This document shows positions 13,160-26,924 of a DNA stretch of 64,000 nt, piece after piece. Below the pieces are notes generated by a model. That model saw nothing but the letters and a program-made list of their open reading frames with translations. It was not told the origin of the DNA and did not search any database. The position numbers were made by a program, and so were the translations under genes. Where the stretch lies: the NCBI RefSeq assembly GCF_006345805.1, contig NC_042997.1, forward strand, positions 19,034,001 to 19,098,000. Reading direction: 5' to 3'. This stretch comes from Octopus sinensis. Its lineage: Eukaryota. The stretch's first letter is position 1. Each line of letters begins with the position of its first letter.

Positions 13160-14170
13160 AATTCAATTACAAAGATATATTAAATAGAGAGATTCTAGGG
13201 TGCTGCTACACCAATCATTGGGTATGACTCCTTCATGCATCACCTGGTTGATTATATGGGTCACTAGACTATAGCCAACACCACCAGATATTTTAAGCAG
13301 CTCTGTTGTGATTCCTGATAGGCCAGGGGATTTCCTTGTCTTTATACCCTTAATTGCTTTATCTACCAAGGTACTGTTAATTCTGATAGCTGGTCCCTCT
13401 GTTGGGTCGACATTCAGCAAATTCTCTTTCTCCCATTCATTTTCTTCATTTAGCAGCCTTTCGTAGTGGTTCTCACAACACTGAACATTGGCAAATTTTT
13501 TCTTATCTGCTTCCCCTCTGGCTAAGTAAACTTGTCTCCTAGCTTCCCTTCTGGCAGTCTGATACAGTTCCCTACTGTCATCATTCTTCCAGTCCTTCCA
13601 TGCCTATTTCTTTTCCCTAATGGCTCTGTATGTTGTCCATCATGTCCATTGAAGTCACCAACCACAAAGAGAAGGTCCCTGTTATTCGTCGATAATGTAG
13701 TCTGCAAGAGGGTGTCATAAAATTGGTCTTTCTGTCCATCAGGTAGCCCAGCTGAAGGGTACAGATTGAGATAATGGTTTCTCACCCATGATGCAGCACT
13801 AATCTAATCTTAAGAATTCTATTGCAGACTCTGACTACTTTGATTACCTATTAACCCATTTCTCCACAAAAAGTATACCACACCCCCAACCCCGTCCGTG
13901 TTCCCTGCTCAGAAAATCTTATATCAATGTTCTTTGCCTGTGAGGAACCTAGCAGAAATACCTCTCCACCTTACTTCTTGAATGCAGCACAAATCTACAC
14001 ATCTCCATTCAAGCATCTCAACAATCTCACCAGACCTACCTTTCAGTGTGCCCACATTGAATGTGCCTACCCTGAGGGTGTGGGAGGTGTGGACCCGTGA
14101 TACTCTGGGATGGGGGACAGCAGCATCATGTATCTGAAAAGAAAGCTCACATTTGGCAGAACTCATGTAT
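13160..14170 (-). mobile_element. RTE LINE 5' part: APE endonuclease and RT N-terminus, internally deleted pseudogene
   Basis: LRVGTFNVGTLKGR...LCCIQEVRWRG (13924-14166), LFVVGDFNGH (13522-13785) and KAIKGIKTRKSPGLSGITTELLK (13163-13420). Confidence 0.85.
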
Positions 14171-15419
14171 GTCTAATAGTCTTAAACCTGCATGCATCAC
14201 ACCATCATTTTTATGTGCTATATGATTGTACCTTACATACGAATAAACCCTAAGTAGGAATGTGGCGGGGGGCATTAATCCTTTAGAAGTGTGCATGGAA
14301 GACATCCAATAGAGGTAAGAGTATAGAGACTTCCGGTGGGTGTGGGAGAGTGGACACACCGCGAAACAGCAGAAACTCAATTGCTGATAATAGCGAGATA
14401 GAATTGGGTATTTGAAAATCTTAACTAGAGCAACAACCAAGAGTTTTCAGTCAGCCAATCTGTGACAGAATTAGATAAATGTATGAATAAGTGATGATAA
14501 TAAATGACCGTGAAAGAGAGGGGGGGAAAGAGAGAGAATTGGACCGAGCAAAAAGGATCTTAAGTGTTAGTTTCCAGTCTACCAAATCCGTTTACAAGGC
14601 TTTAGCTGGTCCAGGCTATTGTAGCAGACACTTCAACAAAATGACACTAGCCAGGTTTCTTTATATTGTGCCACTATATATCCTCTAATTTATTGGTCCA
14701 AGCTAACAGGGACAATAAAACAGTTACCAGATTGTGGTGAGAACTGGGATTAATATAACTGAAGACATGCTCGAAAGTTTGCTCCAGTTTGCTACCAGGC
14801 TATTGTCTGGTAACTGCAAAAGAATAAAATCATCAGTATTCTACATAGGTTTTTACATGCTGTCATGTGATGGCTGTGTTTTGTGAGGCAATGCATAATG
14901 GCCATATGCCACCTCCACCCATCAACCATTCTAGTCGTCTCTTTCCATCACACAGGGAAGTAGTACATCTATTCAAAAATCAAGATGCAAATGGTAATAT
15001 TAAAAAAAAATATAAAAGATTAAAAACAATTTCTGTATCTGAATGTGTTTATAAATTTTCACCATTCCGTTGATAATTTATAATATTTAATATTTCATTT
15101 TCTCCTCATTTCTCTTTAATGATCTTATATATCGGAAACAGTGCAATGTGTATACTGTTTTCCCTCTTCTTGATTTGTTTTTCGCTTTCTCCTGATATTT
15201 TGTTTCTCTTTGGAAAACAGAAATTAGAAATAGGTACTCAAGAACCGCTTTGGCTATCACACTTTAGCAAATCCAGTTATTTACATCAAATTATAAGATT
15301 TCAATATTTAATTCCTTAATTGATTTCTTATAATTTTCAAATGTATATGTCAATTCAATTAGCAATGGATTTCAATTTAGTATATTTTCATTAATCTAAC
15401 GCCATTACATCAAACATTT

Positions 15420-15995
<576 letters not shown>

Positions 15996-16209
15996 TCCAC
16001 ATATTTAAGATGTGTATCACTTTGCTCTGTATGTCTCGAAAATATTCATTGATTATTAGTCCTTTTTGAGACTTGCTATTGCTAATTTTTGTGTGTCCTT
16101 TCGCTATAGAACCCATCACTACCTCAAAAGACTTGTTAGATTTTTGGGTTATTGTGCCACTGAGACTTATCAGTTCAGTTGTTTCAATCGTTGAATTGTG
16201 GCCATGCTG

Positions 16210-16560
16210 GTGCACTGCCTTGAAGTGTTTAAGTTAAACAAGTTGGCTCCCCCGTACTTGTTTTTTTTTTTATTTAAGGTCTTATTCTTACTCTATTGGC
16301 CTCTATTGCTGAACTGCTAACTTAGAGGAACATAAACAAACTAACACCATTTTAAAGAAGCAGTGTGACAAACACATACACACACACATGCACACACATG
16401 ATGGACTTCCATATGGCTTTGATCTACCATGTTCATTCACACGGCATTGGTTGGCCCAGGATTATAGAAGACACCCAAGTTGTCAAACAGTAGAACTGAA
16501 CTCCAAAACCTTGGGTTTACAAATCAAGCTTCTTAACAACACAGCTATGCTTGTAGCTAT
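16210..16560 (-). mobile_element. Degenerate family 1 SINE
   Basis: Reverse complement of the head (aacaacacagctatgc) and of the tail (gccatgctggtgcactgcc). Confidence 0.55.
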
Positions 16561-16699
16561 ACACATATATGCTTTTATGAACTTTTCTGTTCTAATAGAA
16601 ATATTCTAAAATAACACATATAGCAATGAATTTCCCAGCTGCCCAGCAAGTGAGAGTTTAAGAGAAAGAAAGCACAGTTTAGAAAGATGTTATCATGGT

Positions 16700-16930
16700 G
16701 ATGAGCTGGCAGAAATGTTTGTGTGCTGGGTGAAGTGCTTAGCGGTATTTCGTCTGCTGTTACGTTTTGAGTTCAAATTCCGTCGAGGTCGACTTTGCCT
16801 TTCATTCTTTCGGGGTCGATAAATTAAGTACCAGCGATGCACTGGGGTCGTTGTAATCGACTTAATCCGTTTGTCTGTACTTGTTTGTCCCCTCTATGTT
16901 TAGCTCCTTGTGGGTAATAAAGAAATAGGT
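16700..16930 (+). mobile_element. SINE, family 2
   Basis: gagctggcagaa...gttcaaattcc (B-box-like)...gactttgcctttcat...gataaattaagtaccag. Confidence 0.75.
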
Positions 16931-17826
16931 ACTTATTTTATTGACTTGGGCGTATATAAAGAAGGCAAAGTGAAACTTGGTGGCAAAGGACTCAGAATAT
17001 ATAGAACCAGAATCTACAGCTGGGCTAGAGTGTGTACCAGCCAAGCAGCTCTTGATTTTGTTGCCCTCTGCCACTATACAGGCTCAAAAGTGCTCCTCCA
17101 TAAAAATGCTGCCCAGGGTAGATTATCACCATCACTCCTACCCATAGCCACACAATTTGCCAAACAAATACTTGAAGGCATTTTTTCCCCAATATTTTAA
17201 TGATTCTGCAAATTCACTTTCCTCAAATAACAACAACATTAAAAATTCAATTCATCCAGATATCCTATCTTGGAAAAAAAAACAAAAAACGGTTAAGTAA
17301 ATAAATAAAACATCAGATTGATTCAGAAAGAAAACTTAGTCCAGTTCATCTGTCAGTTAGAAAACTGGGTCAACAGTTCTCAATGATACTCAAGTATTAG
17401 GAAAGAAAAACAAAAAAAAAAAAAAGAAAGAAAGATAAACTGATGTATAAATTCTATTTTTATTTATTGGATGAATTTTTAGAATATTTCCAAATATAAA
17501 ATTTTACATTTCCTTAAGACTATGAAATATAAATATTCAGAAACATTTATAAAATATAATGTGTTTTATCTATCTATCTATCTGTCTGTCTGTCTGTCTA
17601 TCTATTGATCGATTGACCAATCTCTCCATCTATTTGTTTTTCTGACAAAGTCCCTACACACCTCTGTCATCCCTTCTAGCGATGTTAAATATTAAAACAA
17701 AACAACAATTGCCTCTTTTACACTTCTGATACTTTTTGTTATTTTTTAACATCCAAGTCATTTTCTTATGTCGGTTTTTTCATTGCTATAAAGTACACTT
17801 AACTGCAATGACATTATATCTTCAAA

Positions 17827-17857
<31 letters not shown>

Positions 17858-17875
17858 TGTATGTATGTATGTGTG

Positions 17876-17907
<32 letters not shown>

Positions 17908-17930
17908 TACACACATATATATATATATAT

Positions 17931-19026
17931 ATCATCATCATCGTAATCATTTAACGTCTGCTTTCCATGCTAGCATGGGTTGAATGATTTGACTGAGGAC
18001 TGGCAAACCAGACTCCAATCTGATCTGGTAGAGTTTCTACAGCTAGATGCCCTTCCTAATACCAACCACTCTGAGAGCATAGTGGGTGCTTTTACGTGCC
18101 ACCTGCACGAGGGCCACTCAGGCAGTACTGGCATTGGCCATGCTCAAGTGGTGTTTTTTACATGCCACCTGCACAGGAACCCAGTCCAGCGGCATTGGCA
18201 ATGACCTTGCAATGCTGGTAATGATCATGTTTGAATGATGCTTTTTACATGCCACAGGCATAGAAGCCAGTCAGCTGCTCTGGCAGCGATCACACTTGGA
18301 TGGTGCTCTTAACGCTCCACTGTCACGGGTGCCAGTCATCAAATTTGCGAATTTGATTTGATTTTGATTTCACTTGCCTCAACAGGTCTTCATAAGCAGA
18401 GTTTATTGTCCAATGAAGGAAAGATACGCATAAGTGGGCTGGTTACACCCCTGGCATAGGCCACAAGTTATGGTCTCACTTTGCTTGCTGGGTCTTCTCA
18501 CGCACTGCATATTTCCAAAGGTCTTGGTCATTAGTCTTTGCCTTGGTGAGGCCTAATGTTTGAAGATCGTGCTTCACCACCTCATTCCAGTTCTTCCTGG
18601 GTCTACCTCTTCCACAGGTTCCCTCAACCGCTAGGGTGTGGCACTTTTTCACACAGCTATCCTCATCCATTCTCACCACATGACCATACCAGTGCAGTCG
18701 TCTCTCTTCTTCAGTCCAACTTTTCTCTCAAAGTATTTACACTCTATTGAGTGTGCACACTGACATTACACATCCATCAGAGCATTCTGGCTTCATTCCT
18801 TGTGAGCTTACAAATGTCCTCAGCAGTCACAGCCCATGTTTCACTGCCATGTAGCATGGCTGTTCATACACATGCATCATACAGTCTACCTTTTACTCTG
18901 AGCGAGAGGCTCTTTGTCACCAGCAGAGGTAAGAGCTCTCTGAACTTTGCCCAGGCTATTCTCATTCTAGCAGCTACACTTTCAGCCCACCTTCCCTCGT
19001 TACTGACTAGGTCACCTCGATAACGA
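17931..19026 (-). mobile_element. 5'-truncated RTE LINE flanked on both sides by (TA)n
   Basis: Family tail and 3'UTR; ORF pieces 18476-18679 and 18864-19055 match the C-terminus of copy A. Confidence 0.9.
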
Positions 19027-19344
19027 TATATATATATATATATATATGTATGCATGTATGTATATATGTATACACAAGTGTGTTTGTGTGCTCATATTGC
19101 TGTATATATTATCAATAACAAAGTAGCAAAATCACTAGAATCACTACCACCATTCACCATCGCTATTGTCTAACCTTATCTCTTCTAAGTTACATTCTTA
19201 TCATTAAAATTACTGATTCTTTTTGGTGAAATATAACATCAAGATTTGTAGTGGAAGGGGTTATAGTTGATTGTGTATATCATAGTATATTCTCAGTAAT
19301 TATTACATCTTATATAGAAGGATGTATATTAACATTGGTTTCAA

Positions 19345-19775
19345 ATTATTGCACAAGGCCAGGAATTTTTTGGGGGGATACTGGTACTTAATGTTTTTTG
19401 GTGGGGTACTGGTATTTTATTTATCGACCCTCCCTCAAAGGATGAAAGGCAAAGAATTTGAATGTGCCAACAGATGAAATGCTACTAAACATTTTGTCTG
19501 GCATGTTAATGTTTCTGACAGCTAAATGCCTTAATGTGTATTAATATTGACCACAATGAAGGCAGGGAGTTGGCAGAACTGTTAGCATTCTGGGTGAAAT
19601 GCTTAGCGGCATTTTGTTTGTCTTCACATTCTGAGTTCAAATTGTCCCGATCTCAACTTTGCCTTTCATCATTTCGGAGTAGATAAAATAAGTACCAATT
19701 GTATACTGAGATCGATGTAACAGTCTTACCCCTCCTCCAAAATTGCTGGCATTGTGTCAAAATTTGAAACCAATT
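19345..19775. mobile_element. Head-to-head pair of family 2 SINEs (19345-19515 minus, 19565-19775 plus)
   Basis: ctggtact...tcgaccc...gatgaaaggcaaag on the left is the reverse complement of the family motif on the right. Confidence 0.6.
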
Positions 19776-21017
19776 TTAACCACAGTGATGTTTGAAAACA
19801 AAATGTAGACAAACAAGACTAAATTTGTAATTGAACCCAACAAAATTAATTTACAATGAGTAGTATAGAGCCTTGTTCTTTTGGTTCTCCCTTTTTATCT
19901 GAGAGCATAGAAGCTAAACGTGCTAAATGATGCTAAAAAGAAGATTGTTGCTTGCTTGCCTCTAGCACAAACAACATCCAATATTTGCTCTTTTCTACAC
20001 TGTCAGATCAAGGCCAAGAACTATAACATTTGGACTCTATGCACCATGTGGCAAATTAACTTATTTGATTTTTCTTTTGACAAATTGTTGCCAATGGAAA
20101 CCATCACAAGTTTCTGTGATTCCCGGATGTCATTCTAAGTACAGTTAAACTGGTCTATTTCTGTTATTTTTGCGCCTTTCTAATTATTATCATTATTGCT
20201 TGTATAAAATAGTTATACAATATACCTGTTTATCATAAGAGGTGACTAAAAGTGTTGGTGACAGGAAGGGCATATAAGACACGACTACAAGAAATCTGTT
20301 CAAACCGATGTGGGTATAAATGACGATGATGATCATCATCATCAGCATCACTGCTGTGATGGTACCAGTTGTAGTGGTGGTGATGGTGGTGCTGCTGCTG
20401 CTGCTAGTAGTGGTGGTGCTAGTTGTGGTAGTGGTAGGGGTGGGGGTGGGGGTGGGGTGACAGTGATGACAATGATAATGATGATTGCCTCTAATAAAAG
20501 AATAATTCCCATCAATTATTACAAGTACTGAGAAAACTGAGGGCCACTGAAGGAGCTTCTTTGTGGTAACTAGAACTTCTAGAAATAGCAGCTAATTTCT
20601 CTACATATTTCACTCTACCATATCAGAAATAGAAGGATACTTTAGATAATGTATTCCTAATTCAACATTATGCTTGAGATAAAAATGCTGTAGTCTCTGC
20701 TTGGCTGTGTTTGATCTTTGGTCTGTTTGATCAGAGTTGTCCTTGGGTTAAATAGCATGTGCAGCATTGGTGAAGGGACTGTGTTGCAATTTTAGTCATT
20801 CAATACTGCAATTAAATCTACCTTTCCAAAGTCCTATCGAGATTAAGTGATGAGCTCTATATTTAAGCATGACAAAATGTACGCAGATGTGTCACTACTG
20901 ACGTATTAACTAAGTAAGTCTTTGATTAGCAAAATTTGAGCCAGAGGTTTATTGTAGCAGAATCATTGAGAAATGCTTGGCAACAAGAATAAATAATGCA
21001 TACCTATTATTATTATT

Positions 21018-21320
21018 GGAGGTGCAATGGCCCAGTGGTGGTTAGGGCAGTGGACTCGTGGTCGGAGGATCGCGGCTTCGATTCCCAGACCGGGCATTGT
21101 GTGTGTTTATTGAGTGAAAACACCTAAAGCTCCACGAGGCTCCAGCAGGGGGGGGGTGACCCCTGTTGTACTATTTCGCCCCAACTTTCTCTCACTCTCT
21201 CTTCCTGTTTCTTGAGTAACGCTGTGATGGACTGGCATCCCGTCCAGCTGGAGGGAACACATATGCCACAGAAACCGGGAAACCGGGCCCATGAGCCTGG
21301 CTAGGTTTGAAAAGGGTGAC
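21018..21320 (+). mobile_element. tRNA-derived SINE, family 3
   Basis: A-box TGGCCCAGTGG, B-box GCTTCGATTCC, body motif gatggactggcatcccgtccagc. An inverted homologue lies at 24593-24816. Confidence 0.85.
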
Positions 21321-21359
21321 ATTTATCATTTATCGAATTATTATTATTATCACAGCGAA

Positions 21360-21575
21360 AGGCAGTGAGCTGGCAGAATCTTTAGTACACAGAGCAAAAT
21401 GCCTAGCAGCATTTCTCTGCTGTCTTTACATTCTGAGTTCAAATTCTACTCAAGCCAACTTTGCCTTTCAATCTTTTGGGGTCGATAAAATAAATACTAG
21501 TTGAGCACTGGGGTCCATGTAATTGACTGACCCCATCCCTGAAATTGCTGGACTTATGCCTAAATTTGAAACTAT
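21360..21575 (+). mobile_element. SINE, family 2
   Basis: Same motifs as 16700-16930. Confidence 0.7.
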
Positions 21576-21730
21576 TATTATCACAGCCATGTTTATTTTT
21601 ATTTTTATTTTTCCTGGAGCTAATTTTTACAGAAGTCGTAATTGTCAATCTAATTCAGCACATGAAGCAACTTATTTGTGATAACTCGACCTACTAGAAA
21701 TAACAGTCAAATCTGCCTCAACTCATACTA

Positions 21731-21995
21731 CCATCATCATCATCATCATCATCATCACCATTTAGCGTCCGCTTTCCATGCTAGCATGGGTTGGACGGTT
21801 CAACTGGGGTCTGTGAAGCCAGAAGGCATCATCAGGCCCAGTCTGATCTGGCAGTGTTTCTACGGCTGGATGCCCTTCCTAACGCCAACCACTCCGTGAG
21901 TGTAGTGGGTGCTTTTTACGTGCCACCCGCACAGGTGCCAGACGGAGCTGGCAATCGGCCACGAACGGATGGTGCTTTTACGTGCCACCGGCACC
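21731..21995 (-). mobile_element. RTE 3'-end-only copy (3'UTR plus (GAT)n tail)
   Basis: Nearly identical to 45591-45850. Confidence 0.85.
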
Positions 21996-24060
21996 ATAAT
22001 AAAAAAAAACATATTGGATGATGTAGTTCAAGATATATTATGTCCAGTAAATAAGGTGGGATGGTCACAACTAGAATGTCTTTGATCAAATATTTAATCA
22101 ATCAAAACTAACATGGAGCTCAACAACAACAATGAGTATATATTTTCTTGATTTTGGGAAGATAAAAGGCAATTTCAGTATTATTTAAATTCAAATAGCA
22201 AAATAAAGTTATTAAGCTATATATTTTAAAATTTTTATCATAATGGTTAATTACTGTCTTAATTTCTGCATATTCTTCTAAATCAGAAAACATTGGTCAC
22301 ACCAGGAGGGTGATATGAGGATCATTACAGGATTACTTACAGTCAATGTATGGAAGGAGACAAAATGCTTTTATAGAGACTGGTTCTGTGGAAGAAGAAT
22401 TGGTTTAACCTAATTAGTATGCTTCTACATGTTTCCATTGAATTGTTGGAACATGTGTCTTTCTCTATCAAGTGTTTTCTAATGCTTGTAATAAAAACAA
22501 TATTGGAGAGTTAATTTGTGCCCTAAAACTAATTATATTACTGTAATCAGAGTTATGTGCATTGCTTGAAAATAAATGTTTAGGGAATGTAAATTCCTAA
22601 TTCCTCTGAAATCACAACAAAATGATTCCCCAAACATAATTTAATGATTGAATCAAAATCTGTTTACCTTTTGAACAGACATGGATGTGTCATTAAGAAG
22701 TCCACTTCGCAACCATGTGATTCTGAGTTCAGTCTCATTGCACAGCACTTTGGGCAAATGTCTTCTATTATAGCCCCTTTCTGACCAATGACTTATGAAA
22801 AAATTTGGTAGATGGAAATTGTAGTAAAACCTATTGCACATATATATTTATGTGTATATGTGAATGCATCTGTATACTTGCTTTTGATTGTCTCTCATCA
22901 CTTGACAATTGGTTTAGGTTTGTTTACATACCTGTAATTTGGTATTTCAGCCAAAAAGAGACTACTAGAATAGAAACCAAGCTTAAAAGTACTTTGAAGT
23001 AGTGTCTCATCATGGCTGCAATCCAGTGACTGAAATATGTAAAGACTAAAAAGATAAAAGAATTTATTTCATCCATTATAAGAAAAACAAATTTAACAAC
23101 TTATCCTATGAAAAGCCCTTGATTTGGTAATCATAAAAAGAATGTCTGAGCAGCAAACCAACAGTCACATTCAAATTAACAAGGAAAACTGTAGAGAAGA
23201 GAAGACAGTTACCAAATTTCATGCAAAGTATTAGATTTATATTGCAGAAACAGGGGGAAATATTATTACTTTTTTCTAAAGCTTCAGAATTATAATCAGT
23301 AACACTCAGCTCATTTTTTTTATAGAATCACTTATAAGCCTTTCTAATAAAGGCATAAGTTCTGAAATTTTGTGGAAAGAGATAGTCAATTACATCACCT
23401 CCAGTACTCAACTGGTTTCATACATGTTATTTATAACAAAATCATTATATATTCTTAATATTTTATTGTCAAAAAAGAAAGGCCTGTACCGGTGACATTT
23501 CTCAGAAATACTTTGATAAATAGAAGAAAAAGAAAAACCTACCTTTGGATTGTAATCAAGTGGTTTCTTATGAAGACACCTAAGAGAAAGGTGGTAGCAT
23601 GCTCAAGCGAAATATACTCTACAAATCTTGAAGTTTTAAGATATTTCTTTCAGCATGGAAACAATTACCCAAAATAGGATTAAATTCATTCTTGTCATTA
23701 TTATTCCAACCACATTAACTTTTAAATTTTTATAGGAGTCGTTTTATACTGAAGTTGTTATAACCTTGGTGGAAAATTACTACCATCCAAGAACAGAAGG
23801 AGACCTTTCAGGGTGTTTTCATTCAGTTTTCATTTATCAAATTTCACCATAGAGTTTGGTTGATCTGAGGCTACTGATAGGAATGAGGTGTAATGAAAGT
23901 GACTTTACATTAAGATGTTCACACAAAGTGTGATGTCATGAGTTTGTGATGTATGACATAAAAAGTACGCATAGTAATGACTGCACCCTGTGTCATGTCA
24001 TAATTCACTTGGTGTCAGAAGAGGGATTGAATAATCATCTGAATGGATCAAATAAGAAGC

Positions 24061-24350
24061 CCGAATGGGATTAATCTCGAAGCAACGTAGCTGAGAACTG
24101 GAAATGGTAGCTACAAAGGCTTGAACTTTACCTTATGGCTAGTGGAATCACCACTAAATCACAGAATGTGAAGTGTGCTGCTCTACTACACATGGCAGGA
24201 GAGGGTGCAGTTCAAATGTATAAGTCTTTTGAGTGGAGTGAGGACACTGATAGCAAGAATTATGACAAAGTGAAGCAAAAGTTTCAGGAATTCTGTGCAC
24301 CTAAGAAAAATCCGACAATTGAGAGACATGCCTTTTTTACATGTTCTCAA
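24061..24350 (+). pseudogene. Ty3/Gypsy gag N-terminal fragment
   Basis: NVAENWKW*LQRLELYLMASG...KCAALLHMAGEGAVQMYKSFEW...KQKFQEFCAPKKNPTIERHAFF has the typical Gypsy gag pattern; upstream stops are present. Confidence 0.85.
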
Positions 24351-24592
24351 ATGTTAAATTTCAAGTTAAACAAGTTGAACTGTGTTAATTGTTAGAAAAT
24401 ATATTTCGTTATTCTCTCCATGTTTGAAGAAGTTAAAAAGATTATTTTCTTAAGGGAAAAAAAAAGAAATTCATTTATGGACAGTTGAATTTAAAGAAGA
24501 TACATTCATGGACTTTGAAGAAAGTTGCTTTATCAGAGTGATAATGGAAACATGATTGAGTTTATTTAAAGTTGATAATTCGATTTTTTTTT

Positions 24593-24816
24593 CCACCCTT
24601 TTCAAGCCTAGCCAAACTCATGGGCCTGGTTTCTCGATTTCTATGGCGGATGTGTTCCACCTAGCTGGATGGGATGCCAGTCCATCGCAGCATTACTCAA
24701 GAAACTTTTAGGTGTTTTCGCTCAATAACACAACACAACGCCTGGTCTGGGAATCGAAGCCGCGATTCTCCGACTGCGAGTCCGCTTGCCCTAACCACTA
24801 GACCATTGCACCTCCA
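24593..24816 (-). mobile_element. Family 3 SINE nested inside the LTR element
   Basis: Reverse complement of 21018-21320 with an internal deletion. Confidence 0.85.
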
Positions 24817-25434
24817 CTGATAATTTAATACAGTTCTATATTTAAGAGATGAGGTATTATGTACATTATTTACATTCAACAGATATTGATAATTTAAGTT
24901 CCAAATATTGCTATAGCTTAAACTTTGTGTGTATATTGACTATTATGATATCTCTTGCAATGTTTGTAAAGAAGGGAGCTGTAATGAAAGTGACTGTACG
25001 TTAAGATGTGCACACAAAGTGTGATGTCACATGTTTGTGATGTAGGATGTAAAAAATATGCATAGTAATATAATAGCTGTACCCTGTGTCATGTCATAAT
25101 TTACAAGAGAGATTCTCAGAGGGACAACATTTCCCAACTTATTAACTCATTGTGTGTTAGAAACTTATTGTATTAACCTCCACCTTCTAAATCATAACCT
25201 GGTGGACTTATGCATAACTCTACCTTCTTAAAATCCATTTTAGAAACCAGAAGTAAGCTGAGGTCCTCAAGGTGTGCCCAAAGGTCAATAACTAGGATCA
25301 AACAAAACCATACTGTTGCACACAGCTATGTCTACAACGACAGGTTGTACTTTGTCACTTTGGGTATGTCTCCTGAAGCTTGATTTTTGCAAACCAGTCA
25401 GGTTTGAACAGGTTAGCATGTAGTGTAACCATAT

Positions 25435-25841
25435 GATTGTGGCTGTGTGGTAAGTAGCTTGCGTACCAACCACATGGTTCCGGGTTCAGTGCCACTGCGT
25501 GGCACCTTGGGCAAGTGTCTTCTACTATAGCCTCGGACTGACCAAAGCCTTGTGAGTAGATCTGGTAGATGGAAACTGAAAGAAGCCTGCCGTATATATG
25601 TATATGTAAATATACATGTGTGTGTGTGTTTGTGTGCCTGTGTTTGTCCCCCTAACATCGCTTGCTGGCCGATGCTGGTGTGTTTACGTACCCGTAACTT
25701 GGCCATTTGGCAAGAAGGACCGATAGAGTGGGTACTGGGTTTACAAAGAATAAGTCCTGGGGGTCGATGTGCTCGACTAAAGGTGGTGCTCCAGCATGGC
25801 CGCAGTCAAATGACTGAAGCAAGTAAAAGAGTAAAAGAGTA
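25435..25841 (+). mobile_element. Family 1 SINE
   Basis: As for 6896-7295. Confidence 0.85.
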
Positions 25842-26698
25842 ATCTAACAGAATGTTTCCCATGTTGAATGAAGGGATTTTCATAAAGACAGTTACATATT
25901 CTTTCTGTTGAAGCATTTTCTCATGAACAGTTCTATGCAAAATGGTTAACTCTGCAATAGAAATCAAACTTAGAAACTAAAGCTATTTATCCATTTAAAT
26001 AAATGGGTGCAGATATGGGTGTGTTATTCTGATCCTACTACACAGCCCTTTGAATAAGTGTCTTCTAATAAAGTCAAGAGTTGAAAGATGAAAAAACTAT
26101 GTGTAAACCTGTCATTTATATGCTTATACACATTATGTGCATGTATGTATGTATGTATGTATGTATGTATGTATGAATGTATGTAAGTATGTATGTATTC
26201 AAATGGAGCAGTTTTAGTGAAGCATTGTGTGATATTACTTTAAGGAACTTGTTGGGTATATGTATATGTGTTTAATCCAGGAAAATAGTTTTTGGTAAAG
26301 AGACAGAGTATAAAGTCATTTGCTAAATCATTGTCTAATAAGCTATTTTATATTCTGGCACTGATGAAAGAGATAAACATCAATGAATAAACTGAAAATT
26401 GGAGTTTTATAAATGAACTTCCTTGGTATATTTGTTCTTCATCAAACCACAGATACTCTCTTATCACTCCCATAACTGTAAATGCAGTGAATTAATAATT
26501 GGCTTATTGAAAACCTATAACCAATGATGCCATTGTTTGTGAAATTTTAGATAAAATATATAATGTGATTAGGACTATATCGTGAAATCTTTCACACACT
26601 TTTGCCCCTGAATTCAGGATTATTCCTAAGGAATCAAATATCCATCAAAGTAAATAATTTGTTTATTTGTTTGTAGTTTAAAAGAGTTGATAATTACT

Positions 26699-26699
<1 letters not shown>

Positions 26700-26730
<31 letters not shown>

Positions 26731-26924
26731 CATCATCACCATCACCATCATCATCATCATCGTTTAACGTCCGCTTTCCATGCTAGCATGGGATGGACGA
26801 TTTGACTGAGGGCTGGTGAACCAGATGGCTGCACCAGGCTCCAATCTTGATCTGGCAGCTTGGTGCAGCCATCTGGTTCGCCAGCCCTCAGTCAAATCGT
26901 CCAACCCATGCTAGCATGGAAAGC
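26700..26924. repeat. RTE 3'-end copy with fold-back inversion (64-bp arms 26773-26836 and 26861-26924)
   Basis: Arm 2 is the reverse complement of arm 1 with 2 mismatches; 24-nt spacer. Confidence 0.9.

Larger units (their letters stand above)
23889..25105 (+). mobile_element. Internally deleted Ty3/Gypsy LTR retrotransposon (TRIM-like): LTR 23889-24009, PBS 24010-24028, gag relic, PPT 24968-24979, LTR 24980-25105
   Basis: Two ~121-126 bp direct repeats, both starting TGTAATG, the 3' copy ending TTTACA, about 85-88% identical by hand alignment. TGGTGTCAGAAG follows the 5' LTR directly; AAAGAAGGGAGC precedes the 3' LTR. No TSD recognisable. Confidence 0.85.

Noticed and set aside
14759-14790. 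CTGAAGA...GAAA hammerhead-like core
   Set aside because: Neither stem I nor stem II can pair; a chance match.
14721-14817. 11-bp inverted repeat (CAGTTACCAGA/TCTGGTAACTG) bracketing a frame open on both strands
   Set aside because: Too short to exceed chance, and the putative + acceptor is purine-rich.
20310-20531. Gly/His-rich 73-aa ORF
   Set aside because: Compound GGT/GCT/CAT trinucleotide repeats with no supporting splice or domain evidence.
21018-21095. tRNA-like sequence (also at 6896, 24740-24816, 42481, 57771 and 61394)
   Set aside because: These are SINE heads: A/B boxes are present but they run into SINE bodies and lack a complete cloverleaf.
23884-25110. Target-site duplication for the LTR element
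   Set aside because: The flanks (TGAGG vs AGAGA) do not match, so no TSD is claimed.
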